IMG/VR virus record: IMGVR_UViG_3300037589_000163
Coordinates: 10,016 to 74,015 of that record
Length of the DNA stretch: 64,000 bases
Source: a virus
Lineage: Duplodnaviria; Caudoviricetes
Reading direction: 5' to 3' (one strand)
Translations under genes and position numbers: made by a program
The notes under the pieces: generated by a model
Databases searched by the model: none
What the model saw: the letters and a program-made list of their open reading frames with translations, nothing else
What the model was told of the DNA's origin: nothing
Part shown: positions 44,722-54,708 of the stretch, in pieces
Numbering within the stretch: the first letter of the stretch is position 1
Layout: every line of letters begins with the position of its first letter

Positions 44722-46890
44722 TCAGGCCACCTGCTTATTGCTGCTGAAGCGCTTGGCGACTGTCACCATGATGGTGCTGTCGATTTCCTGCTTGCTCATG
44801 GGGTTCTGGAGCTTGGTGTTGAAAGCATGAACCTGAGCTTCAACGTTGGGGAGATCCCAGCCGGCGTCGACCAGTGTCAGGGCGTACCTGATCATCTGGT
44901 TATTCCGGTTTCCGAGAGAGATCTTCCCGGCAAACCAGCGCTCGAGATTGTCAAGAGACTGGAGAGCCTGGTGCTCAGCGAGATGAGTTTCATTTCGTGC
45001 TGTCTTCGGAATGAAGTTCAGCACGTCAAGGACTTCTCCATCCGTGTTGTAGAAGTACTCACCGCCGGAAAAAGATTCCGACTTCTTCTCGCGTTTGGAA
45101 TAGCTTTCATCCGTCTTGAACGGCAGCCAGGAGAAAATGTGGCTCATGAATTCGCTGTATTCAGTATTGTCGAGTTTGAGCCGGTAGTTGATTGGCAGCA
45201 TGACCCGAAACCGATCTCCGTGACCTTCCGTCTGATGACGTTTGGTCGTGTAGAGATGGTATTTGTAGTCGGCCATGAGATGACGGAACTGGTCGATCGA
45301 GATGCCTTCATCGACATCCAAGGCAATCATGTTGAAGCCAACAATGACGTTGTCTTCAGTCCGGTGCCCGTTTTGGAAGTGATGATTGCACCAGTGCATT
45401 CCATCTGCCTGGGTCAGGATGTGCAGCTTGTCGAAAGGAACTGACTCTGCGAGGTAATTGTAGGCCCAGTGGTTGGAGTAGGAGAGGGTGATCGCATCCA
45501 GATCCGTTTGCTGAAGAGTTTCGCCGCGGAACATCTCGATCCCGTCGACAAAATTCTTCTTGATGATCATGTGCCGCCGGTAACCCCAGGCGGTGGCCAG
45601 GGTCATCATCTCATTTCTGGCTGACTGACCAGATTTGTAGAACGGCAATGCTTCGACCAGGTCGGCATGAGTGACTTCATGATCAAGGCTGGTGATGTAT
45701 TTCGCCAGTTTGACGTAGGCCTTTTCACGATTGAGAATGGTCTGGAAAGCAGCGCCGGACTCCTCGACCAGCTTCATGGAAGCGTAGAGATGATCCAGGG
45801 TGATGGTGACCGACTGGTCGATGAAGGCAAAGGCGCCGGCAAGCTTCAGCGTCTTGAAGTAACGATGAGCCAGTTCGGACTTCTTGATTTCCTCGTGGTC
45901 CGACATTGTGTCAGACAGCCGCTCGCAGTGGAGCCGGTAGTCGAGAAGAGCAATTGCCACTTCTTCCGGAACATCCATTTTCCAACCAAAGACGGCCGGA
46001 TCTGCGAGTTGGTAAAAATGCCTCGACCACTTGTCGACAATGGCATTGTGGGCCGGCTGCGTCAGACGCTTGTAGGCCTCTTCACCAGTCATGTTGTCCA
46101 GGGCCCGGCTGTGAGCGCCGTAACCGAAGATGCAGCGACGAGCGTAGCCTGTTTCCAGGAAAGAGTAGAACTGGTCTTCCGTCTGGCTCCCATCCAGGAG
46201 TTTCGAAGGCGTACCGAACAGAAGCATGTTGGTCGGTGTCTTGCCGTCGATGTCTTCGCCACGCTGATTGTCTGGCGTGTTCTTCACAAGCTTGATCTTG
46301 ACCGATCCTTGGTCATAGAGCTCCAGGAAAAGGGTAAGAACGTCTGTCACGCCAAGAAGGTTGGAACCAATCTCGTCGATCTGGAGGTTGATGCTGCCGG
46401 CGTTGGCCATGAGAAGCTTCTGACGAAGCTGCTTGACGGCCGGCGGTGTTCCGGAATCGAAAGTGAAAGGGAAGGCGCCGGCGCTGCGGAATTCCTTCTG
46501 GATCTTGTCGAACTCTTCTTGCGGATCCAGACCAGATTTGACGGAACGAAGATTTGCCTCTTTCCAGAGGCTGTCTTCCGCCAGGACGGGGAAAGTTTCC
46601 GTCATGAAGCGATCCTTGAAATCCTTCATGAATTCGTTCTCGACGATCGAGACGGAGTAACCCTTGCCGTAACCGGAAGTGGCCAGAGCCAGAGCATAGA
46701 TGTTGACCGGGATTTCACCGCGGTCCTGGGTGATCATCGAAGCCCGCATGGAGGAAGCCATCTTGCCGATGAAGTAGGCCACCTCAGCGCGGAAAAATCC
46801 ACGATCCATGTTCTGGGTCTTGTTGCAGAGAACGTCGACGATTTCCTCGATAACCGGGTGGTGGTCAACGACGGAGAGGTCAGGCAACAT
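44722..46890 (-). CDS. DNA primase (N4 gp43-like)
   Basis: ATSGYGKG, IDEIGSNL, ALDVDEG, YTTKRH and GNRNNQMIRYA motifs. Confidence 0.85.
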   Translation of the reverse strand: MLPDLSVVDHHPVIEEIVDVLCNKTQNMDRGFFRAEVAYFIGKMASSMRASMITQDRGEIPVNIYALALATSGYGKGYSVSIVENEFMKDFKDRFMTETFPVLAEDSLWKEANLRSVKSGLDPQEEFDKIQKEFRSAGAFPFTFDSGTPPAVKQLRQKLLMANAGSINLQIDEIGSNLLGVTDVLTLFLELYDQGSVKIKLVKNTPDNQRGEDIDGKTPTNMLLFGTPSKLLDGSQTEDQFYSFLETGYARRCIFGYGAHSRALDNMTGEEAYKRLTQPAHNAIVDKWSRHFYQLADPAVFGWKMDVPEEVAIALLDYRLHCERLSDTMSDHEEIKKSELAHRYFKTLKLAGAFAFIDQSVTITLDHLYASMKLVEESGAAFQTILNREKAYVKLAKYITSLDHEVTHADLVEALPFYKSGQSARNEMMTLATAWGYRRHMIIKKNFVDGIEMFRGETLQQTDLDAITLSYSNHWAYNYLAESVPFDKLHILTQADGMHWCNHHFQNGHRTEDNVIVGFNMIALDVDEGISIDQFRHLMADYKYHLYTTKRHQTEGHGDRFRVMLPINYRLKLDNTEYSEFMSHIFSWLPFKTDESYSKREKKSESFSGGEYFYNTDGEVLDVLNFIPKTARNETHLAEHQALQSLDNLERWFAGKISLGNRNNQMIRYALTLVDAGWDLPNVEAQVHAFNTKLQNPMSKQEIDSTIMVTVAKRFSSNKQVA

Positions 46891-47854
46891 AGTAGAAATC
46901 CTTCTGCTTGCAGATGGTGAAAGCCGGGCAGTATTCGCAGGCCTTCACCTCACCCGGCTTTTCGATCACGACGCCCTTGCCACCCTTCTCAGCGAGATGG
47001 GCTTCGGCGGCTGCCTTGTCGTTGTCGAAATTCCGAGTGGCCCGGCCATCTGTCTTGTCCGGGTTGGAAAAGTATTTGTAGACGGGCTGGCTGCGCCAAA
47101 GCTCTTTGTCGGTACAGAAAGGAATCTCTTCGTCAGGGGAGTTCCAGTACCGATCGAGTTCGGAAAGCTTGGCGCTGATGAACTTCTCGGTCTCTTCCAG
47201 GGAAGGAAGGTCGACCGGATATTCGATTGCCTTGGTCTGCGGATAGTTCGCGTCACCCTTGGCTCGACCCTTCTGCCAGTCCGTGAAGATGAACTGGATG
47301 AAGATTTTATCATCAGTGACGAGCTCGGGATTGAGCCAGCGATAGATGCCGCCCTGCTTGGCGTAATCGTCGTCCTTGCGGCCCAGGAGGTATGCATAGA
47401 CCGATGTGGATTTGGCGTCGAAAAGACGACCCTGAAGGATCATGTCGAACTTGCCGCCGATCTTGTAGCCATCGATCTCACGAATGGCACGCTGTTCCAT
47501 CCAGACAGGAATGAGAGATGGATTGGCGGCCATCTGTTCCGGCGTCGGATTGACAACGATGTTCTCGTAGACGGCCGGCGGATAACCGAGTTTCTTCATC
47601 GCAACCTGGCCACTGTCACGCCAGGCTTTCTCGATGGAATCGTGAATGGCCGTTCCCATACGAGATGCAAGAAAGGTCGAGATATCGATCTCGATGTCGG
47701 ATTTCTTGACACGCTTGGAAAGAACAAGCTGGCGAGTGCTCTTGAGAAGGCTGGTCGCCGAGATGTAGCGCGGATCGTCGATGTAGTCGTATTCGTCGTG
47801 AAGAAGCCAGACTGCAAGGGGCAGACTGATCCCATGGATGTTGGTCAGTTTCAT
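46880..47854 (-). CDS. PD-(D/E)XK nuclease (N4 gp42-like)
   Basis: ISATSLLK, GTAIHDSIE, GGKFD...FDAKST and CEYCPAFTIC motifs. Start reassigned to MKLTN. Confidence 0.82.
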   Translation of the reverse strand: MKLTNIHGISLPLAVWLLHDEYDYIDDPRYISATSLLKSTRQLVLSKRVKKSDIEIDISTFLASRMGTAIHDSIEKAWRDSGQVAMKKLGYPPAVYENIVVNPTPEQMAANPSLIPVWMEQRAIREIDGYKIGGKFDMILQGRLFDAKSTSVYAYLLGRKDDDYAKQGGIYRWLNPELVTDDKIFIQFIFTDWQKGRAKGDANYPQTKAIEYPVDLPSLEETEKFISAKLSELDRYWNSPDEEIPFCTDKELWRSQPVYKYFSNPDKTDGRATRNFDNDKAAAEAHLAEKGGKGVVIEKPGEVKACEYCPAFTICKQKDFYYVA

Positions 47855-47897
47855 AAGAGCCTCGAATATGTGCGTTGATTCCGAAGAAAAGAAATCT

Positions 47898-47919
47898 GAG
47901 GGCACTAAATAGTGCCCTC
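47898..47919 (-). terminator. Hairpin upstream of the gp42-like gene
   Basis: GAGGGCACT-AAAT-AGTGCCCTC with an A-rich + strand flank, i.e. a T-rich tail on the - strand. Confidence 0.5.
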
Positions 47920-47958
47920 GATTATCAACGATAAAGAAAAAGAAAATGAAAGATAATA

Positions 47959-48378
47959 TTAACTTTCGATTTTCTTCGTCTCCCGTTCTCTTTGTTTCTC
48001 ACGCAATCTGGTCACCCAGGCTTCCGCTTCATGCAGAAGATCTGCTTCAACAGGAGAGAAGGGACGATTGTCGATGAGGGTTCCGTGCGCTTGAGCGTCG
48101 ATAAGAATGACGCAGCAAGCCATGACGGCTCCCAGGTTCTTGACCTCGGTGTCGCGGGTAATTTCTTCCCCGACTTTCCAGAGCTCAATGTGTCGCCTGG
48201 CTGCCTCGACGTAGGTCATGGCTTCAACTGGATTTTCACGCCAATTGTGCGGACCGTATTTCAAGGCACCGTCATAAAGCGCTTCCATCATGGCAAGGAC
48301 GGCGGAGAGGGGGACGTAGCTTAAAGAAGGCTTCTTGTCCCCAAAGGCCTGCTTTGGATTTGCAGGAGCCTGGTTCAT
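47959..48378 (-). CDS. DUF5664 / dATP-dGTP diphosphohydrolase-like protein
   Basis: NPKQAFGDKKP.LSYVP...GALKYGPHNWR...YVEAARRH...NLGAVMACCVIL. The real start is MNQAPA at 48378, coupled by ATGA to the upstream gene. Confidence 0.85.
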   Translation of the reverse strand: MNQAPANPKQAFGDKKPSLSYVPLSAVLAMMEALYDGALKYGPHNWRENPVEAMTYVEAARRHIELWKVGEEITRDTEVKNLGAVMACCVILIDAQAHGTLIDNRPFSPVEADLLHEAEAWVTRLREKQRERETKKIES

Positions 48379-48671
48379 GACAGAGGCTTTTCGGTTTTCT
48401 GCTCGAAGCCAGCGTTGAAGCGTTCGGTTGTCATCCGGCCGAGATTGGAGATGTTCAGAATGAAACAGTCCACGATTTCGCCGCCGGGGATCTGCTCGAT
48501 CTCGGTCGAATAGCGATGCAGAGCACCACGTTGAGAGCGTTCGATGTCTTGGCGGGCGAAGACCTTCTCGTCGGTCATGATCATCACGTTCAGGGGAATC
48601 TCGAACTGAGCATCCGGTGTCTTGATGACGACCTGAGCCGAGATAAGCCAGTGGTATTTTGGAACGGACAT
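48375..48671 (-). CDS. Hypothetical protein (N4 gp40-like position)
   Basis: KYHWLISAQV...CFILNISNLGRMT.E.F pattern; AGGAG-like RBS. Confidence 0.7.
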   Translation of the reverse strand: MSVPKYHWLISAQVVIKTPDAQFEIPLNVMIMTDEKVFARQDIERSQRGALHRYSTEIEQIPGGEIVDCFILNISNLGRMTTERFNAGFEQKTEKPLS

Positions 48672-48907
48672 GGTTTTGATTAACTCCAGTGATTTTGGGC
48701 AAAATGCATCCTAGCCCGGCTTCATAATGAAAACCAGCCAAAAAGATAAGCCCAATCTGATATTTTAAGAAAACCGAGAACGATTTCTGACCTGGGCCAG
48801 TTCTACATATTCACGGTGATTTGAGAAGAAGGGACATGGTCCCGGGGCCCACAGATAATTGTGGCGCCGGAAAGAAAATCCTCCCGGCGCCATCTATCTG
48901 GTTGTTA

Positions 48908-51598
48908 TCAGGCGTAAAGTTTGAGGACGTGTTTCTCAAAGACTTCCCGGATTTCCTCCTGGGAAGCGTGGTTTGGGAGGACAGCTTCCTTGCTCCAGTT
49001 GGGGTAGAAGATCGAGAACTCGCCCCCTAATTTCACCTCGTCATGCCAGATGTCAGGATGATCCTGCCACTGGCACGCCTTCACCACATGAGTGTTGGCG
49101 TAGTGGACGACGTTGATGTCATCCCGAGCGAGGTAATATTGGGCATCGTGAATCTGAGCTGAAGGCTTGATCTTGTGACGCATGTCTGTCGATCGAACCT
49201 TATTCATAAACTCAGAGCCTGCCCTGGAGTTCAGGAGGCACCAGGATTGCCCGAGAGCATTGCCGGCGGTTCTACCCTCCGCTTCTGCCTGGAAAGGCGT
49301 CTTGGAGGTCCCAAGGACAACCTGGTGCAGCATCGGCGTCCGAACACGCAGCCCAAAGGCAACAGTGACATAACCGACTTTGCAGGCTTCATTGAGCTTC
49401 TGAGCGACCCAATCATCCGACACTTTATAAAGGGTGTGGTAATTGGTTTCGATCTTCTGGGCTTTCTCGATGTCCCAACCCAGTTGTTGCATGATCCCGA
49501 TGTATGTTCCCCCGTAAGTGAGGAGGAACGTCGGGGTCTTGGAATCCTGGCGAAAGCTGGAGTATTTGTTCCCTTTCTCGGAAAGCTGATTGACGCTTTC
49601 AACTGAATCGGGATCGATGTCCGGCATTTCTTCGCCAAAATAGGCCACTGCCCGGAGAGAGTGGCCGTCATAGCCGTCGGTGTAGACCTTCAGCTTGTTT
49701 GGATCCTTTGTCGTCAAAGCCGATATGCGATCTTCGAGAGAAGCAAAGTCGATGCCGCAGAAGAACCAGCCAGGAGGTGCCACGAAGCAGCTCTTGATGA
49801 GCTTTCCGAGGCTGAGCTGACCCTTGCTGATGTAGGGACCGAGGACGTCTTCAAATCTCTCTATGAGAGCTTTTGACAACATCATGAAGACGTTGGCCGG
49901 CAGATTCTGAAGGTTGACGTTACTCGACGACAAGCGCCCGGAGACAGTGCCTCCCAGGTTAAAGAAACCGAAGAGCCAATGCCATCCATCCGGACCGAGA
50001 CGTGCATTCATGAAGTGCGGCATGAAGTTGGTCATGATGGTCTCGACGGCCGAATAATCAATCAGGGCTTCGAGAAGCTTTTTGACCTCTGGATCATTCG
50101 TGTGGTTGACCAGTTTTTTCAGGGTCTTGCCGCCGGTTGCCGGCTGTTTGGTGTCGGTCCGGTCTATAACCGGCAAGCCCAGCACGTCATATAGAAGTTG
50201 CTGAAGCTGCGGGCCGCTGTTGGGGTTGAATGATATTTCCTTCTGGATCGTATCATTTTCCTTGGCGGCTGCGGCCATCTCCTGGATCGTCATCCGCTTC
50301 TTGACCCACTCCGAATTCTTCTGGTTCGTGTAGGCTTCGAGACGCATGTATTCGAACTGCTCCATGATAGGTAGAGCGAGCATCCGGTTGATGGCATCGT
50401 TACGGATACCTTCGAGAGCCGTGTTGACCTTCCGGACTTGTTCGATGTCCATCGGCATGCCGGTAAGCTGCATCTGGATGATGTCTCTGGTCGCATCCTT
50501 GAACAAGCCTTCGTAGAGCTCGAGCTGTTCATCCTTGATCAAGGTCTGCCAGTGCTTTTTACGCACATAGTGTGTGCAAAGGCAGTCGATCAGGTTGTAG
50601 GTGAGAAGATCCGGAAGAGGGATCTTGGTGATGTCCTTGATTTCTTCCTGAGCATAATCGCCGGCGTATTCTTGGGCCTGGTTTTTCAGGCTGAGCTTGT
50701 TGCCGGCGCAGGAATTGGTTGCCAGGTAAGAGATGAGCTGGGTGCAGTCCCAGTTTCTCAACATGATTTCCAGCCCACGAAGGAGACCTTCGTTGTCGAG
50801 GAGATCCTTCATGAAAAGTTGGTAGATCAGGACTGTGACATCGTAAGCAATACGATGATAAAGGGCCTTTCTCTTGAATCTCATGAAGAAATTGCGAAGG
50901 AGCTCCCGGCAAGCATCGGAATGCTCCTGATCTCCCAGGATATCAACCGGTATGGCAATACCCTCGGTCTCAGACCAAGCAAAGCCTATGGTACCAATTC
51001 CAGCATCATAATGCTTGAGTGAGAATGCTTCGATGTCGATCGCGATATCGCAATCCATTTCCAGGATGCGCTCGAGCCAGGCAGCGATATCTTCAATGTC
51101 CGTGGGATACTCCTCGAACTTGATGATGCCTGTCCCTGGGTCCGTATAGGTGTCGTGGAGCCACTCTTTCAAGGCACCAACACCAGCCGCGATCTTCTGA
51201 TTCACCTTCTCCGGATCGTAAAAGATTGTCCGGTAGTTGGGAACATAGGCGACCTTCCAGGGCCCGAAAGTGGTGTCCAGGATGTAGCCGATGGTGGCGT
51301 CGATTTTACCGACTTTTGTCAGGGTCTTGTAGTAATCGCCGTCGGCAACGAGAAGGAATTCAACGTTGAGTTCCTTCAAAGTCGGAGCAAGCTCATCATT
51401 GATGTAAGCTTTCTGCTCCGAGGCCGGCGTCTTCTTTTTGCCAGGCGCTCGGTGCAGATCGATGATGATCACATCTTCCGGATCGATACCATAAGGCTCG
51501 AGATAAGCCCTCTGGATCTCATTCTTGCGAATTTCGTTCACAAGGATGCAGATCTTGTAGCTGGATTTTTCAGGCGTGCTGAAAGTCAGATATCGCAT
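48908..51598 (-). CDS. Family A DNA polymerase (N4 gp39-like)
   Basis: IDIEAFSL (Exo I), TVSGRLSS, DFASLEDR (motif A), RQDSKTPTFLLTYG (motif B) and QIHDA (motif C). Confidence 0.96.
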   Translation of the reverse strand: MRYLTFSTPEKSSYKICILVNEIRKNEIQRAYLEPYGIDPEDVIIIDLHRAPGKKKTPASEQKAYINDELAPTLKELNVEFLLVADGDYYKTLTKVGKIDATIGYILDTTFGPWKVAYVPNYRTIFYDPEKVNQKIAAGVGALKEWLHDTYTDPGTGIIKFEEYPTDIEDIAAWLERILEMDCDIAIDIEAFSLKHYDAGIGTIGFAWSETEGIAIPVDILGDQEHSDACRELLRNFFMRFKRKALYHRIAYDVTVLIYQLFMKDLLDNEGLLRGLEIMLRNWDCTQLISYLATNSCAGNKLSLKNQAQEYAGDYAQEEIKDITKIPLPDLLTYNLIDCLCTHYVRKKHWQTLIKDEQLELYEGLFKDATRDIIQMQLTGMPMDIEQVRKVNTALEGIRNDAINRMLALPIMEQFEYMRLEAYTNQKNSEWVKKRMTIQEMAAAAKENDTIQKEISFNPNSGPQLQQLLYDVLGLPVIDRTDTKQPATGGKTLKKLVNHTNDPEVKKLLEALIDYSAVETIMTNFMPHFMNARLGPDGWHWLFGFFNLGGTVSGRLSSSNVNLQNLPANVFMMLSKALIERFEDVLGPYISKGQLSLGKLIKSCFVAPPGWFFCGIDFASLEDRISALTTKDPNKLKVYTDGYDGHSLRAVAYFGEEMPDIDPDSVESVNQLSEKGNKYSSFRQDSKTPTFLLTYGGTYIGIMQQLGWDIEKAQKIETNYHTLYKVSDDWVAQKLNEACKVGYVTVAFGLRVRTPMLHQVVLGTSKTPFQAEAEGRTAGNALGQSWCLLNSRAGSEFMNKVRSTDMRHKIKPSAQIHDAQYYLARDDINVVHYANTHVVKACQWQDHPDIWHDEVKLGGEFSIFYPNWSKEAVLPNHASQEEIREVFEKHVLKLYA

Positions 51599-51612
51599 TA
51601 CGTATTCCTGTC

Positions 51613-52122
51613 TCAGTGAATAAGACGAGAAGCGACATAGTAGTCGATTTTCTCTCGTATTCTCTGGTAAGCGGCCATGTCATCAGAACCCTCTATCAGG
51701 GTCCAAGCTTCGGGCATGGTCCTTTCGAGACCGCCGAAGTGTTCCTTTGGTAGAAGATCGTGAAGACAGTTTGGCAGAGCATCAAAAGCTTCTTGCTTAT
51801 TGTCGCACCCCCGGAGGACCAGGTAAATACCTTGTTTGATGCGGTCCATTTCTCCATCAAGCTCTTGTTCTTCTTTCTCGAGCTTGACAACTTCAGGGCG
51901 AAGTTCATCGTTCACAGGCTTGTAATTGCCCATGGATCGCTGTCGCATATCGAGGTTGGAGTAAATCCACCCACAATGACGGAAACCGTCAGGGCTGCCT
52001 CCAAGTTCGGTGTTCTTTCGAACCAGATCCTGCTTGCGCTGTTTGATATATTTGAGCTCAGCATCTTTCAGGTTCTGAACAATGAACTTGATCAATTCGT
52101 AAGCAAAGAATGTGTCTTTCAT
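51613..52122 (-). CDS. Hypothetical protein (N4 gp38-like)
   Basis: 169 aa between helicase and polymerase; DALPNCL pattern. Confidence 0.7.
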   Translation of the reverse strand: MKDTFFAYELIKFIVQNLKDAELKYIKQRKQDLVRKNTELGGSPDGFRHCGWIYSNLDMRQRSMGNYKPVNDELRPEVVKLEKEEQELDGEMDRIKQGIYLVLRGCDNKQEAFDALPNCLHDLLPKEHFGGLERTMPEAWTLIEGSDDMAAYQRIREKIDYYVASRLIH

Positions 52123-52139
52123 TTTATTGCTCTTTCTGA

Positions 52140-53462
52140 TCAGGGGGCGATCAGGCCACCATATTTTTCAGCGAGATCGCCCCAGAGATAGACCCGAGTC
52201 TTGGCACGGGAGAAGGCCACATAAAGCAGCCTGGATACCTGGTCCGGGAAGTTACAGGAACTGATGTTGGTGAGGTCGACAAAGACAGTGTCGTATGTCG
52301 AACCCTGGGACTTGTGAACGGTGGCGGCATCACGAGGACGCAGATCAGCCACATTGTTCTTCAGGAAAAAAGACTTTTCCCAGTTCTTTTCGCGCTTGTA
52401 GTAGCGCATCAGGTCCGAATAATGGTCCCGATTGGTTGGAACAGGTAGTTTCCAGACGTTTCCCAGAGAATCCTTGATAGAAAGCATGTCGACGTCCAGG
52501 TGAACGCCATGGTCGTCGTCTATCAGCAACTTGTCTGGGCCGTGGTTCTGAAGAACCTCAACATCGGTTTCCACGGCCAACACGCCCCCCTTGGAATGAA
52601 AGGCGTTGCCGGCAACGAGATACTCTCCCGACTGAAAGTTGGAAGGGAGATTTCTGATTGCACGGACGTGTTCGTTGAAATCGTGGACCCGTTTGTTGGT
52701 GTAAGCCAGGATACGAGCAGAATGCGTCTGTTGAGAAAAGTGCTGGCCGATCTCGAATTGCATTTCCGAATCGCCGAGCAAGTCGATGCTGCCTGGAACC
52801 AGCTGAATCGGTTCGAAGACCTTGGTTTCGACGGTCTTGCGCAGCTGATCGCAGATTTTCATGAGAGCAGGTTGACCGGCGTTTCGGACCGGCTCATGAA
52901 GCTCCACCATAGGACTGTTGTGCTTGTAGATAGGAGACAGATCCTCATGTACAGGTGAAAGCTGGTGACGGTCCCCAACATAGACGATCTTGCACTTCAT
53001 GGTCGACGCATGGATCTCTTTCCAGAGACCCGTGTCGATCAGAGAGGCTTCGTCGACGAAGATGATTTGTCCCGAATGAACCTTCCATTGCCGGTTGCGT
53101 GTGATCTTCGTCTTACCCGATGAATAATCATCGAAAAGCTTCAGATTGAGATGGGAATGTGTGGTGCCGGCGGGGCGCTTAACGCTCTGGGTCAACACCT
53201 CTGCCGCCTTGTTGGTTGTTGCAGTCATGACAACTTCGGTGAAAACAGGCTCTTCGCCCAGAAGAGCACACATTTCATGATACCGCGGGAGAGTGGCATC
53301 AATGATGTAGCTCATCAGATATGTCTTGCCGACGCCGGCCGGTCCGGAAATGATGAACTCCTTCTTGTCTGAAAAAAGGAAGTTCATGAAGGCGTCAGCG
53401 GCTGCTTCTTGGCCCTGGTTCAGGTTGTAGCTCAGGGGGGCTGGCTTTGTGATGGCGTTCAT
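52140..53462 (-). CDS. SF1B (Dda/RecD-like) DNA helicase (N4 gp37-like)
   Basis: GPAGVGKT, TATTNKAA, VDEAS, VGDRHQL and TVHKSQGSTY motifs. Confidence 0.93.
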   Translation of the reverse strand: MNAITKPAPLSYNLNQGQEAAADAFMNFLFSDKKEFIISGPAGVGKTYLMSYIIDATLPRYHEMCALLGEEPVFTEVVMTATTNKAAEVLTQSVKRPAGTTHSHLNLKLFDDYSSGKTKITRNRQWKVHSGQIIFVDEASLIDTGLWKEIHASTMKCKIVYVGDRHQLSPVHEDLSPIYKHNSPMVELHEPVRNAGQPALMKICDQLRKTVETKVFEPIQLVPGSIDLLGDSEMQFEIGQHFSQQTHSARILAYTNKRVHDFNEHVRAIRNLPSNFQSGEYLVAGNAFHSKGGVLAVETDVEVLQNHGPDKLLIDDDHGVHLDVDMLSIKDSLGNVWKLPVPTNRDHYSDLMRYYKREKNWEKSFFLKNNVADLRPRDAATVHKSQGSTYDTVFVDLTNISSCNFPDQVSRLLYVAFSRAKTRVYLWGDLAEKYGGLIAP

Positions 53463-53496
53463 AAGACACTCTTTGTTGATTATGCATCAGGCATAG

Positions 53497-53525
53497 AAAA
53501 ACCCCGGTTTGTGGCCGGGGTTTTT
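53497..53525. terminator. Bidirectional-type intrinsic terminator
   Basis: AAAAACCCCGG-TTTGTGG-CCGGGGTTTTT. Confidence 0.8.
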
Positions 53526-53550
53526 CAGTCGCGCCTGGAATGTTGAAGGT

Positions 53551-54042
53551 TCAGGTTTCCTGTTCCTGTTCATCGATCAGGAACTTGTCTCGTTTCTTGC
53601 CACGGATCCAGGCTGGCTCTTTGCCTCGCCCTGACCATGTGGCGCCGGTATCAGGATCCCGGTACTTGATCTTTGCCTTGACGCCTTTTCTGCGTGGCTT
53701 GATGCCTCCGAGAGCTTCGAAGAGGTCTTCGAGGGGGACGTTGAAGCGGTTCACCACATCAACGATCTGTTTGATAACCTGGCGTCGCTCAGCAGCTTCT
53801 TTTTCCTGGATCTTGCGAGCCAGTTCTTCCTGCTGCTGACGCAACTCCTCGACGCTCATCTCTTCATTCTCAGAGCCGAAAGTGACGGTCTCTTTTGCGG
53901 CCATGCCCCCATCCTTTTCTTCTTCAGAGGAAGCCTCGTGCCCGCCATCGGTCGTATCGACCTCATCAGCACGCGGATCTCCATCGAAGGACAGGCGTTT
54001 GGTGAGCTGGACAGAGCCCTCACCATTTGCATGTTCACTCAT
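53551..54042 (-). CDS. hns: H-NS-family nucleoid protein with an acidic N-terminal extension
   Basis: Coiled oligomerisation region followed by KYRDPDTGATWSGRGKEPAW; AGGAG RBS before Met1. Confidence 0.88.
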   Translation of the reverse strand: MSEHANGEGSVQLTKRLSFDGDPRADEVDTTDGGHEASSEEEKDGGMAAKETVTFGSENEEMSVEELRQQQEELARKIQEKEAAERRQVIKQIVDVVNRFNVPLEDLFEALGGIKPRRKGVKAKIKYRDPDTGATWSGRGKEPAWIRGKKRDKFLIDEQEQET

Positions 54043-54207
54043 GGATTACTCCTGTTGGGTTTTAGCGGGTTACGGACGTCCCACACTAACGTAGGTTTTA
54101 TTTTGGATCACCTGTTTATCTTGGTGATTCCCGACAATCGAACGGTTGATTATTTTCTTTATTTTGTCAACCTATTATTAGATAATCGGTTAATAATCGC
54201 TATATAA

Positions 54208-54522
54208 TCAAGGCTGCTTGGTGGGGGTATTTCTTTCCATGTAAGCCTTGAGTATGAGCGATCTCACATAGTCCTTCACGGAGTGGCCTGGATGCAACTG
54301 GCTCAACAACCATTCCTGCTGGTCCTGTGTGAGTCCGTTGAAAATGTCTTCCATGAAGGCACGCCGTGTGTCCGCGGGTTGAACACCCAGTGAACGTAGG
54401 CGATAGGTGATGGTTGTGTGGTGGACACCGAGAGTTTGGGCGATCGTAGTCAAGGACAATCCAACGCTATTGAGCGCCACTATCCTGGCATCATCCGCTT
54501 TACGCTTGTAGCCGGTTGTCAT
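54208..54522 (-). CDS. HTH DNA-binding protein (conserved in N4-likes)
   Basis: LNSVGLSLTTIAQTLGVHHTTITYRL...ADTRRAFMEDI. Confidence 0.8.
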   Translation of the reverse strand: MTTGYKRKADDARIVALNSVGLSLTTIAQTLGVHHTTITYRLRSLGVQPADTRRAFMEDIFNGLTQDQQEWLLSQLHPGHSVKDYVRSLILKAYMERNTPTKQP

Positions 54523-54650
54523 TGCTGGTTCCCGTAAATTGATTAACAGTTAATGCATATCCGACTTTTTTATATTATTGCAAGGATTAATTAGATAATT
54601 CCAGAAGTTAATCTGAAAATACCAAGGGGGTAGTTCATCCTAGTACCCGA

Positions 54651-54689
54651 AAAAACGAATCCCCGCTCACCTCGTCAGATGAGCGGGGA
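54651..54689 (-). terminator. Intrinsic terminator after rIIB
   Basis: TCCCCGCTCA...TGAGCGGGGA stem with an A-tract on the + strand. Confidence 0.65.
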
Positions 54690-54708
54690 CAAATCCTGTG
54701 ATGGAGTT

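Noticed and set aside
39253-48378. Asserting a dZ (2-aminoadenine) genome
   Set aside because: No PurZ gene in the window, and these hydrolase families are common in unmodified phages; kept only as a hypothesis.
48379-48741. N-terminal half of the listed 260-aa ORF 47959..48741
   Set aside because: It overlaps the 98-aa gene in another frame; the DUF5664 domain starts at 48378 with ATGA coupling.
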